Assembly (NCBI RefSeq): GCF_036971445.1
Contig: NC_091475.1
Coordinates: 51,088,001-51,152,000, forward strand
DNA from: Narcine bancroftii
Taxonomy: Eukaryota
Direction of reading: 5' to 3'
Length of the DNA stretch: 64,000 nucleotides
The notes under the pieces are model-generated. The model saw nothing but the letters and a program-made list of their open reading frames with translations, searched no databases and was not told the origin of the DNA. Shown here one piece after another: positions 23,242 to 35,402 of this stretch. Made by a program: the position numbers and the translations under genes. Position 1 is the stretch's first letter; every line of letters starts with the position of its first letter.

Positions 23242-23721
23242 GTTAGTATGTAACTGGTTTCTCCTTCATTTGAATCATGTATCATTGAGTTCAGATCCTG
23301 TACCTTGACTCTAGAAAAAGTGGTTTTCAAAAGAAAAAAATTGAAAACAACTGCTTTAGAAGAACAAAAAAAAATCAATGGATCCTTTACTTTCGAAGCT
23401 AATTGTCCTTTGAAATACTGTGGTTAAAATAATCAAAATTAACAGAGTCCATTCCACTTGTTCATGGACTTAATTTGAAGTTGTACAGTTATTTGATGCT
23501 TACATTTGCATATTTAAACAGCTGTACGTGCATGGCAGATGAGAACATTGCCCATATATGGCTATATCTGAAAATTGCAGATCTTGGGATTTCATGGGGT
23601 TATAATTCTCTCATTTTCAGCTGCTAGCTGGCAACTTTTAGTTGGCTGGCTGGAAGTTGGAAATTAGAAAAGAAAATGACACTGCTGCATGTTTAATTCA
23701 TCAGGCAAACAAGAATGACTT

Positions 23722-23935
23722 CAGATGCTGTAAAATTGGAGCAATACGCGAAATGTTAGAGAAACTCTGTGGGTCAAGCAACATCTGAGGAAGGCAATAG
23801 ATGGTCAATGTTTGAACTGAAACCCTCCAACAGGGCCAAAAATAAAGAGTTTTTTGTGAGTCTTGTTGAAGAGTTTCAGCCCAAAATTTTGACTGTCTAT
23901 CGCCTGCTAAGTTCCTCCAGCATTTTGTGTGTTTT
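23722..23935. mobile_element. Small inverted-repeat derivative of Penelope-like termini
   Basis: Left arm atagatggtcaatgtttgaactgaaaccctccaacag is the imperfect reverse complement of right arm cttgttgaagagtttcagcccaaaattttgactgtctat; arms resemble 18320-18420. Confidence 0.7.
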
Positions 23936-24004
23936 TCCTGATTAAACTCTCAGTTTTGTGTTTGTGGAGCCAATGAATAAAGACAGAAATGATGTCATGT
24001 GAAC

Positions 24005-26040
24005 AGCATAGAAACAGGCTCTTTGATGCAATATCCATCTCTAACAAGCTAGTCTCATTTGCATGTGTTTGATTCAAATCCTTTTAAATCTTTCCCATCT
24101 TCATACTTGTCAAAATGTCTTGAATATGACAATTGTCCTGCTTGTACCACTTCCTGTGGGAGCTTGTTCCATGCATCTTTGTGAAGAAGATGCCTTGTGT
24201 CCCTTTTAAATTTTCCCTTAATCAACTTAAATCTGTGCCTTCCAGGTTTAGATTCACCTTTTCTAGGAAAATGACAGCTATTTCCCTTATCTATGCCCTT
24301 CATGATTTTATAAAACTCCATAAGATCCTCCCTTAACCTCCTATATACTCCAAGGAGAATTGTCCCAGCCAATCCAGCCTTCCTTGAGAATTCAAGTCTA
24401 CTTATCCCAGTAGCATTCTCCTCAATCTTTGCTGCACGCTTATAAGCTGAATGATGTACTGTGTAGTTGACCAAATTTGCAGTCTCACCAATGTCTCAAA
24501 TGAGATCTCTATTCCATTGCTCAGTCCCTTGAATATGAAGGCAAATATACCAAATGCTGCCTTCATCACCTTGTCTATCTGCATCACCCGTTTCATAAAA
24601 CTATGCACCTGTGCCCTTAACACTTTGTTTAACAGCACTTCCTGGAAACCCACCATTCACTGTGCACACCCTGCACAGGATTAGCCTACCTCAGTGCAGC
24701 ACCTCACAGTTCTCCATATTAAATTCCATCTGTCTTTCCCTTGGCCCATTTCCCAGTTAATCTAGATCCAGTTGTCATCTCAGGTAACCTTCTTCATTCT
24801 CCACAGCATCTCTAATTTTGGTGTCATCTGCAAATGTACAAGCCATGTGTACTACATTATCATCCATGCCATTAATATTAGATGACAAACAATCATGGAT
24901 CCAGCACTAATTGCTATGACACACCACTCAGAATAGGCCTCCAATCTAAGTAACAACCCTCCACCATCACCTTTTGTCTTCTTCCATCAAGCCAATTCTG
25001 TATACAATTGCCAGCCCACAATGAATCCTATGCAGTCTGACCTTCCAGACTAGCCTTTCTTGTAGAACCTTGTCAAAAGCTTTGCTAAAATCCATGCAGA
25101 CAACATTTACCGCCCACACCTCATCAATTTTCTTGGTCACCTCTTCAAAAACTCATTTGAGTTCATGCGACACTATTTCTCCACGCACAAAACCACTCTG
25201 ACTAATCAGTCCCTGCCTTTCCAAATGCAAATTGTTCCTGTCTCAGAATTACGCCCATTTGTTTAATCATGACCAATATTAAGATCATGGCCTGTTGTTC
25301 CTTGGATTATCCTTACAGCCATTTTATAAAATAAAGACTTAATGTTAATCACCCTCCAGTTTTCTGGCACCTTACCCATGCTTAATGATGATGCAAATAT
25401 CTCTGCCAGAGCTCCTGAAATTTCTTTCCAAGTTTCCCATAACATCTGAGAGTATGAGGCCCTGGGGATTTATTTATCCATCTTTATGCATTTTAAGATC
25501 TGTAGCATCTACGTTTGCATAACGTAAACTTTCTTCGGTTTATTGGTATTTACTTTTCTCAGTTTCCAAGCTTCCATCTCTTTCTTCACAGTAAATACAG
25601 ATAAGAAATACTCATTCAGGACCTTATCCATCTCCTGTGGCTCCACACATTTGTGACCTTGATCTTTAAAGGGTCTTATTCTTTCCCTAATTACTCTTTT
25701 GTCTTTAATATACTTGTAGAATCTCTTTATATTTTCTGCTGGAGTCATCTCATACCCTATCCTTGATCTCCTTAATTCCTTCTTCAGTGATCTCCTGCAT
25801 GGCTGAAAAGATTTGCTTGATTTTGACAGTCTTTAACTTGTGTATTAGTTTTATCTTTTTCTATCACTATTTTACAGCTAACTGAGTTATGGTCACTGGT
25901 CCCAACATTTCCTCTTCTCCAGTTGGGCCATCTTCATATTGTTTGAGAAAATTCTCATTGCATTTCATAAATTCCACCCCACCTAACTCCTTTGGACTGT
26001 GAGAATCCAAGAGAAGTTAAAATCACCTTCTGTTATAAGT
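24005..26040 (-). mobile_element. Decayed CR1 LINE
   Basis: KRFYKYIKDKR, EISGALAEIFASSL..VPENWR, FADDTKI, WNKLPQEVV motifs on minus. Confidence 0.88.
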
Positions 26041-26498
26041 GTTTTATTCCAAGTGTCCGCCTTGCTCTTCAGCCGAACAGGAACATGCTGTTTTGAAAAA
26101 GTGGCTGCAATGTAAATGCGACAGAAGTATTTTGATTGTCATTAAACAAAGCAAGAAATCTTAGTATACACCGATGAAGTCAACTTTTTGAGAATTTAGT
26201 ATTACAATTTATTTGGTAAAGTACTCCAGATTGGTTTTACAAACATTATACAGTTTTATAAAGGTAATTATGCAACCAAAGCATGAGTAAATCTTGGCAA
26301 AACATTAATGTTTCAATGCAACTCTGCTCTGATGTTGGACAACAATCTGATGGAACTCTTGCTGAGTAAATATTATACTATATTTCCATGCCTAATTTAA
26401 AAAAAAAATTGATTTCAGCAAATAACTCCATAAAACTATGACTGACTTATTTGTGAGGATTTATGACCTGTATTTCATTAAATTTTCTTCCTCTGCAG

Positions 26499-26643
26499 AA
26501 ATATTTTGTGTTCTATGGCATCTACTGGGGTTCGACTTCAATGATTCCATTCACTTTATCGAATTTGACAGAATCACCTATCAAGCTTGAATTTGATTTT
26601 TCGAAATACAAAGATTTTTCGCTGAAGTTTGAAGAATCTGCTG
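26499..26643 (+). CDS. CFAP47: CFAP47 exon (KYFVFYGIYWGSTSMIPFTL..FSLKFEESA)
   Basis: ctgcag| acceptor, g|gtacat donor; 145 nt, phase 0 to 1. Confidence 0.9.
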
Positions 26644-28614
26644 GTACATTTATAAATATGATGAAGTTACTAATTTCCATGTTAATAACAGTTACATTAA
26701 ATTATTAGAAACTGAATATTTTTCTTGGATTTCTGAGGAAGATCTGAAGGAAAGAACAGGAAAGTGTCATGTCCGCAGTCCAATGATTATTGGTTGGCTG
26801 ATTTAGTACTTTGAGTCTTTGAGTCTGTGTCCTGCTTATGCTAATCAGCATGCTGAATACCTCCTATGTCAATTGTCTTCTCCTCTACCATAACAATTCG
26901 ATGATCTAATGGTTCTTGTATTCATTTCTTTGATGCTACGATTCATAAATTCTAGAGCGTCTCATGTGGGCAAGTGGGCAAAAAGATCAAAGGGCCTTTC
27001 TGGGTTTTTATTGAAATTTTTTGATGATTTTAATTGTTTTGTCCATAGATTGCATGATTTGCTGTGAGTGGATTAGTGCCATGTTGATCTTATTGCCAAA
27101 TAGTACAATTATCACCCAAAATTAACCTGTATGCACATCTAATCAAAAATTCCATGTGATAAGATTATACTGAATGATGCAATATTTTGTCTTATTCTTT
27201 TAATACTTTTTGCATAAGTGGGACTTCGGGAATAAAATGCGCTCTAAATGATTTTGTGCGATTTGAGTTAAAACTTTTCTGTTCTGCCTTGTAATATAGA
27301 ACAATATAGTCTCGAAACAATTAACATTTACACATTTCATTACATTGCCAAGGAGATTTGTGGTTATTACTGAAAATACTTCCCTAATATTTTCTTCACT
27401 GTTTTTATAATACTTTCTGAGAAAGACAAGAGAATTAGAATGTTATTGTTTCATTGAATTCTTTACATTCAATTTAATTCCAGTCTATGCAAGAAGTTTG
27501 CATGAGGTTTGACTGGAACAAGATTGTGGGAATAATTGCATAAAGTTAAGGACGCATGCTATCCATTTTAGATCCCAGTACTCTTGTTCAGGTCCTGACC
27601 CATTTTGATAAGTACCAATGCCAAGAATGTAGAGATCTTGTTGATGGTGCAGCATTTATGCTATAACTGGCTTTGGGGGAATAAAATTGACCCAATTGGA
27701 ATTTTCTCCAGCAATCTATTTCAGGAAGGCTGGTGGATCAGCAGCACAGAGCTTGAGCATGTGAACTGCAGTCTGTCCATTTGCTGATATATTTCAGTCA
27801 ATATCTGGTGCTTGGCATTATATCGAGCAATTGTCCCAGCGTTTGCCATGCATTCCAAGAAGTCATCAGTTTCCTACGTGCCAACCACTGTACTTCATGG
27901 GAGATCTAAAGCAAGGCCAAATATTCTTGTCCATTACATTGATATTTTGTTGAATGAAACTGTTAATGGTCAACTTGGTCATGTAATTCAAAACAATCAT
28001 GCATCTATTGTTCCTTGACTAATTATTTACTCTTTTTGAGCACCTATCTAATCAATATCAAAACTGCAAAACTATTGACAAATTAGCCTTGTGCAAACAA
28101 TCAGTGTCTATTTACTGTGTGGCATTGCATAACTTTTCCCTTCTTTGCAGGCAAACTCTTCGAAATCTGCTCCATAATGAAAGGTGTAATGAAGTTTGCT
28201 TTGATCAAATTGGGCCAAGATGTCTGAATTTTAATTATAGTGTTTCACCATTAAATAGATTAATCAGGGTGAACCATCCCTCCGTTAGTGGTGGTATGCT
28301 ATTCTGCGAAAGTTTAGGCAATTTGCATTCCCAGGATGATGCGTTGATGCGTTGCTGGAATGCAATGATCCTGAGACAATAGCTGGAAAACCTATTTAAA
28401 TAGGGCCACTAAATAAAATGAGGAGATTACAAAACTGCCTTTCATTCCACAGTTATGATGGAGAAAAAGGAAATAGTGATCAATTTGGCCTGTATTGAGG
28501 AAACAAAATCCCACATTCAGATCCAGTTGGAAGACACCAAGGAAACTGAGTTGGGGGATATAAATAAGTAGATACACATGAGTTAAACATCAAATGTAAT
28601 TCCTACCTTTAAAA

Positions 28615-28852
28615 TTTAAAGCTACAGCACGTTAACAGACTGTTCCAGCCCAAAGCCCATGCTGCCCCAAGACAACAATTAACCCATAAACTCTGTCCAT
28701 TTTTGGAAGGTGGGAGGAAACAGGAACACCTGGAAGAAACCCACGCAGCTCATGGGGAAAACGTACAAATTCCTTACTGAGAGTGTTGGATTCAAACCCA
28801 AGGTGGCTGGCACTGTAATCACGTTTTGTTAACCTCTGTGCAAACCATGCCA
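28615..28852 (-). mobile_element. tRNA-derived V-SINE (HE1-like)
   Basis: B-box-like ggtttgaatcc, V-domain gaatttgtacgttttccccatg..gtgggtttc..gtttcctcccac, CR1-like tail. Confidence 0.8.
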
Positions 28853-29479
28853 TGTAAATAATTAATTGAGGAAAGTATGGACCATTGACTTGATGTCAAT
28901 GGTAATAAAGACAATATTGAACAAAGCATCAAAGGTCAAAATGTTAATAAAAATAATTTCTTGAAGGTAGATTGTATTGCATTAATTTTATTGAACCCTT
29001 TGAAATGCAAAAACCATGAAGCATGAAGCAAGTTACATTATTTCTAACTGCCTCCAGGGCAGGGAGTGGGTTTTAACCCCTGCTGAGAAGGTAGTAATAT
29101 CTGCACAACTTGAAGGTGCAGGTGATTTCTCTGCTGATTTACTGTCTGACTTTTTTTGTATGACCTTCTGCCCAATATTTTCGAGTCAACTCCAATAATT
29201 CCTCTAATTTCTAATTGCTGGTTTTCAATATTCATTAGTTGGGGCTTTTTACCACTAACGTGAATGCCCAGCAGCTACCTCGGAGGTCAGTCTGGTTGAT
29301 TGGCTGGTTGTAGGGCTTAAAATTGATTAAAATGCTGATGAGGTCTTATTAAATTTGGAAAGACTTTTGTGTATCCAGAAGTTTCATGCTTTACCCCGAT
29401 TGACCATTCAATCCCAGTACTTCATTTTAGAACTTCATTTTGTTTTACTTCAACCTTGTACTTGTGTTTTATATACACA

Positions 29480-30330
29480 ACAATAAAAATAGCTTTAATC
29501 ACGAAGTGCAAGGAAAAGCAAGACAACATTGCATGCAACAGTACCATACTACCCAATGAATTCAATGTGTTCTACCTCATTTTGCATTTGGAGCCAGTGA
29601 CCGAACAACATCTCCAAATATGTCTACATGTGCTGCTGCACCCATGGTCCCTGTTGTTGATTTCTGATTTGCCTTCTGGAAAGTCCCTGGATGGCATCTG
29701 GCCCAGATGGAGCCTTTCGACATGTCCTGAGAGCATACACAGATCAGCTGCATCCACAAATATCTTTAATCCCTCCCTGCAACAGGCTGGAGTTTCCATG
29801 ATAGCATCACACCAGTGCTGAAGAAAAGCACAAAAATGGGCCTAAATGACAATTAACTTTAGCATCTGACTTCCACCATTGTGAAATATTTTGAGACACT
29901 GGACATGGCTCTTATCATCTCCAGTCTTGCAACCAGTCTTGTCCCATTTCAATTTGCCTTCCTTTCAAACAGCTCCACAGAAATGCCATTCCCTTGGCTC
30001 TCCATTCAGCCCTGGAACAAATGGACCCCAATGACACCCACCGCTCTGCATTCAATGTCATAGTCCCTCGTGGACTCACTCCTCTCGCAATTGGATCCTT
30101 GACTTTCTTTCAAACAGACTGCAACCAGTGAAGACAGGAAGCAACAACTCTTCTACAAATGTATTCAACACCAGCACTCTTCAAGGATACATACTGAGCC
30201 CCCTACTCCCTCCACACTCATGATTGCGTCGTCAACTATTGCCCCAATTCCATATTTAAGTTCACTGACAACAATACAATTGTGTGACAAATATCAAATT
30301 ATGATGAGATGGAATACAGGAACCAGAATG
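29480..30330 (+). mobile_element. Rex1/Babar-type LINE fragment
   Basis: LPNEFNVFY, STIVKYFETL, LVPFQFAF.SNSST, FKFTDNNT motifs. Confidence 0.75.
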
Positions 30331-30944
30331 AGTTGGCCAAGTTGGCCAGTTGGCAGGATGTAAGCCATGTTCAGCCAATCAATGAATTTCTTAATGATGG
30401 CTCAGAGCCACCAACTAATAGTCATTTAGGCCCCTTTATTATGAGTGATATTGGCCTTCATGCAAGTGGGATCTATGGCCTGATGTAGTGAGATACTATA
30501 GATATCTGTGAATGCACCCTCCCGTTGATGTCCAAGCTCTCAGGACTACATAGGACTGTCGTCTCCCATGATTTCACCTGCTGGAAGGTCAACCTGACCT
30601 CAGATGCAATGACCTAGGCTACAGCGGCATTTGTAGCAGTTGATATGAATGTAACCTCTCAGCTGCCTCCCTGTCTGAAGTGAGCATGGAAAATAATATG
30701 CTCATCGCAGAGTGTTGGACTATTGCATGCTTGCTGCTCTTGCACTTGTACTTTGTACTGCAGCATGCATAGCAGAGCTGACTTGCTGGTCTGCACATGG
30801 GATGAACCCTTCTCATTATTAATTGGTACAATGTGAGAATAAACATGGGCTTGACTTGAAGTGGAAATACAAGTTTTCTTTCACTTTAGATGCGCAAGCA
30901 AATATGTAAAGGGCTCTGATTTTTCTTATTATCTTTACTTTCAG

Positions 30945-31039
30945 ATGCAATTCAAGATCCATTGAATCCTCTGTTGCATGTTGTAAATCTAATTGGAAAG
31001 GAAAGCGTAAAATGTGTATTATTCTTCAGCCCTACAGAA
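30945..31039 (+). CDS. CFAP47: CFAP47 exon (DAIQDPLNPLLH..CVLFFSPTE)
   Basis: tttcag| acceptor, gaa|gtaagt donor; 95 nt, phase 1 to 0; too short for the ORF track. Confidence 0.88.
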
Positions 31040-31119
31040 GTAAGTAACCATCAACACTAAATCTATACCCATATTGAGTGTTAATGATAAGCCTTTTTGC
31101 AGGCAGTCCCCAGGTTATG

Positions 31120-31777
31120 CAGTAAATTTCCTGCTATCTGGAATTCAAGCAACTGGCAAAAAATAAAATGAGGAAAATAAATAATAAGAGGTTATCTATA
31201 AAAATTTAAATAAAAGTTTAAAATTGGGAATGTTCTCTGGAATGACACACAAACCTTTGGTTAAGACGAGCAAATTTTCAGCCAGTGGACTGCCTTGATC
31301 ACGCTTTGCTCGCAGCAGGTGTTTGAATAAAGTTGTGTAAAATAGCAATGGCATCACCCAGGATGGAGCTGATTGATGCTGCTCGCAGTTGGGGTGTCTC
31401 TCTTAAAGATTTTCCTTATCTCTGTTTTGTAAGAGTCTCCTCAGTCGGAGGGATTATCTTTAAACTTGGCTGGGGTGGTTAATTGTTTATAATGTTATTG
31501 TTCGTCTACTGGGCGGCTCTGTGGATGGGGAGAAACCTGCAGATGCAGCAGTGGTTAAATGGTTTCAAATAAAATGACTGAAAATAAAGTAAAATGATTT
31601 AATGTTTATATATTCATGCAAGTAAAGTTTGCTCAGCATAAGTATTTTTTCTTTTAAACCGTTTATTCTTAATGCAGGTGTATTTGGAATTGTAAGAGTG
31701 AGTCTCAAGCCACCGGAAAACTCACTTATCCAGCATCTACCAATCCCCATAGATGCCAGACACCAGGGGTTTTACTG
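31120..31777. mobile_element. Tc1/mariner (Tigger-like) MITE, apparently nested in another Tigger-like MITE starting at 31100
   Basis: Imperfect TIRs cagtaaatttcctgctatctgg / ccagacaccaggggttttactg; outer end caggcagtccccaggttatg. Confidence 0.6.
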
Positions 31778-32835
31778 TGTATGGGTTCAATTCCTGAAAA
31801 CTATGCATAAGCCAATTCCATAAGTCAGAAATGTCTGTCTTTTGTAGTAGCTCATATTGCTCTGCGCAAACTTTTACACTTTTTAAATTTAATTAAATAA
31901 TCACACTTACCCTACTCATAATTAAACTATGCATTACAGTGGATCGAGTCATTAATGATTAACCTGAAACATTTCAGCATTATTAGCTATTATTGTTATT
32001 TTGAAAAATGCTTTAAAAGGTTTGGGAGAATTTGCATCAGGTCAGATTTCCATAAATCAGGTCATTTGCCTCTGTATTTTTTAAATTTGTTTGTATGTAT
32101 CCACTGAAGCCACTTGAGGGCAGCAATTGTTCATTCAATTTTGCAATGATTTGCAGAAGATGTGAAAAAATTTGTAACTTTTAGAAAAACACTGAATGAA
32201 AATTGCAGGTCTGGTATAATAAACATAATGAATTCATCATATTTTTTCAGCCATAATTGTAAAGCCGGTTCATAAATTTGGCAAAATGATTCGACGATGG
32301 AAGATTTCAGTTCAAATCTTGGTTTATCTTTTGAAAAATTACTGACGTATCAATGAATATTTATGATTGTTATAATTACATTTAAGGTTTTCAATAATTT
32401 TCAAAAACTTTTCGGGGTTGGAACTGAGAATATCACTGGATAGGGAGTCTCTGAGAGATGATACATTGGTTTAGATTTTTTTTTCAATTCAAATAATGGT
32501 GTTGGAAGCCTCCTTAACTTTTAGTGAGATAATTGTAATGAATTGTCCAAGACTAATGCACCTCCACAAGCAGAGATCAAAAGAGAGGTGAATTTAGGAG
32601 TGCCTGCTTCATCTCAATTCACCAGGTCCAGAAAGAGAGTTGTAAGGAACTCTGCAAAAAGAGTCAATTGAATGTTAAATTTGACTCAGGATAGGGCCAA
32701 AAACACCTATTAGCGTCGTCAGTTATTTAGCCAAAAGCATTTCCCAATTGTCTGCAAATATACCTGTAAAAAGGCACATTAATATGTAATTGGTAATTTT
32801 ATGCGGCTTCTGCATCAATTTCAGGATATAGTTGT

Positions 32836-33201
32836 TCTTCTTTGGCTTGGCTTCGCGGACGAAGATTTATGGAGGGGTAAAATGTCCACGTCAGCTGCAG
32901 GCTCGTTTGTGGCTGACAAGTCCGATGCGGGACAGGCAGACACAGTTGCAGTGGTTGCAAGGGAAAATTGGTTGGTTGGGGTTAGGTGTTGGGTTTTTCC
33001 TCCTTTGTCTTTTGTCAGTGAGGTGGGCTCTGCGGTCTTCTTCAAAGGAGGTTGCTGCCCGCCGAACTGTGAGGCGCCAAGATGCACGGTTTGAGGCGAT
33101 ATCAGCCCACTGGCGGTGGTCAATGTGGCAGGCACCAAGAGATTTCTTTAGGCAGTCCTTGTACCTTTTCTTTGGTGCACCTCTGTCACGGTGGCCAGTG
33201 G
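32836..33201 (-). mobile_element. Young RTE (BovB-like) LINE, copy 2
   Basis: About 13 differences from copy 1 over ~365 bp. Confidence 0.92.
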
Positions 33202-33389
33202 TATACTGACAATAACCACACCAGCAGTGCGAGTATAAGACAGCTTTAATAAATTAATATGTGTACTAAGATGTCTTGTCTCTCTGCAAGACGAACCTGG
33301 AAGGCGAGACTGTAGCTCTGGACTGCTTTATATACAAGGTCACTGGGATGACCCCTGCTGACCTAGTGGTGTAATTACATATCACCACA
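33198..33389 (-). mobile_element. Short solo LTR
   Basis: Minus strand TGTGGT start, TATATAAA, ATTAAA, ..TACCAC(A) end; 5-bp TSD AGTTG (32830-32834, 33390-33394) flanks LTR plus RTE. Confidence 0.75.
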
Positions 33390-33409
33390 AGTTGCATTTA
33401 AAAGAATGT

Positions 33410-34960
33410 GATATGGTTGTAGGCTACTAGCATCAAACCACACAAGGCAGAGTGCAGGTAAAACACTAGTTTTAACAGACTGGTGTACAGCTAGGCTTTG
33501 AGGCCTTGGTCTTGGTGAAGAAAAGGAGTAAAAGCAATCCAAACTAAAAGAGATTAATTGGAGGAAAACAAGTTACAGTGAAACAAGACCGAATCTGCCT
33601 CTTTTGGTAAATTGGAATCAAAAGTGGACAGGCAAAATTGTAAATGAAAAATGGACTGTCTTTAAGGAAGAGACCATTGCAATTGAAGCACACTCCCATG
33701 TGGGATTAAAGGATGAGCAAACAAATTCAGAACTTTCTGAATGTTGAAAAGGATACAGAGAAAGAAAAACCAAGAAAAGTGTTCTTCCAAATTTTTAGTT
33801 GTAAATACCAACAAGAACCAGGTTTTTTTTTAAAGAAGAGAGGAAATGTAAAAAAAAGGAAACCATAAAAACAAATGAAAAAAAGATGAACTGTGCACAT
33901 GAATGGGGATACAAAAGTTGTTCATCGTAAATGGTGGTACATGGAGGAGTGGGGTCTACGAAGGAGAATAATAGTAGTCTTTCCATGAATGCTGAGTAAA
34001 GTATTGAATGAGTATTTGACATCAATCTTCGCCAGATTAAAAAAATGTTTCAGAATCAAAACATCAACAATTTTGTAGTGGAGAATTCACTTAACTAGTG
34101 ACCTATTGTGGACACACAACATCTCCTCACTTGTTAGGAAGGTACAATAGTGAAGGTACTTCCTGAGAAGAGTGAACCAGGCAAGACTACTGATCACTGA
34201 TATGTCATCCTTCTGCAGGAGCTCTATCAAGAGCACTCTGGCTGGCTGCATCACAGAGTTGTGTGGTTGTTGCACAGAAATAGAATGGAGGTCAATCCAC
34301 AGGAACATAAGAGCGGCAGAGAAGATCACTGGAGTCTTCCTTCCCCCCCCCCCCCCCCAACCCAAACAACGTGATCTACTCGGATCATTGTCTGAAGAGA
34401 GCATGCAAAACCATTGAGGACCCCTTCCACCTTGCACACATCTTTCAGCTTCTCTGTAGGGGAAGAGATGCAGGAGAATCAGAGCCAGTATGACCAGGCT
34501 GAGGGGCAGCTTCTTCCCACAGGCAGTGAGAATGCTGAATGACCTAGAGATCTATTCACGTTAACCATCCGAGACTTTCATAAGAATAAAACTATTTATT
34601 TATATGAATATTTGTTCTGCAGATCTATTGTTTGTCTGTAGGTGCGTTATGTCTAGTTGTGTGGACCAGAGAATGCTGTTTCATACTTGTGAATCAGATG
34701 ACAATAAACTTGACTTGAAAAAGTGAAGATATATTAAAAGTTAATAACATGGAGATATTTAAAAAGTTGGTCGAATTTCAAGCAGTTAAGTCATCAGGAC
34801 TACGTGGAGTGAACTATTGGAATTTGAAGGCAGTACAGGAGGAAATATTTGGCACTGATGCTCTTGCAATCTTCTTTTGAATATGGTAGTGATGCCAGAA
34901 AATTGGAGTGCAGCCAATGTGAAAAAATGTTAAATGTTACTTGTTCAAAAAAAGAGTAAG
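33410..34960 (+). mobile_element. Old CR1 fragments with an inserted Rex1/Babar 3' end (~34075-34718)
   Basis: Rex motifs FCRSSIKSTLAGCIT, AAEKITG and tail aataaacttgacttga; CR1 remnant (LNEYLTS, MPENWSAANV) on both sides. Confidence 0.65.
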
Positions 34961-35053
34961 GTTAAGTCTAAATTCAAATCTTTTTGATCCTGATCATTTA
35001 AACAAGGTAAACTTATTTGGGATAAAAACCTATAACTCTTATTTTCATCATGC

Positions 35054-35370
35054 TGTAGCAGCAATTGGGCTGGCGCTCCAGGCAGCGAGCGCAACCAGGG
35101 GCCAGCAGACTGCATAGTGAACTGGCAGTCAGGAGGCTAAGGCAGTATAGGGGCCAGCATCCCCGACATGGCGCTGGCCCCGCTGCACAGCTAACAGAGA
35201 GGGACAAGCACGCAGGGAAGAAGGTATTGTTATGTATGAATGTACCCGTGTATGGGAGATCACCTATTGTTGTGCGAGCGATGATGTTAAGAAAACAGCG
35301 GGAATACGAACAATATAAAAGTCGGGCTTTCAGCCCCAATAAAGCAGAACTATACCTGACTACAATCTGT

Positions 35371-35402
<32 letters not shown>

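Noticed and set aside
28138-28180. Strong-looking splice acceptor (cccttctttgcag) as an extra CFAP47 exon
   Set aside because: Flanking exons already join in phase, and the downstream text shows no CFAP47 similarity I can recognise.
28780-28852. tRNA gene
   Set aside because: Only a degenerate tRNA-derived SINE head; no intact cloverleaf.
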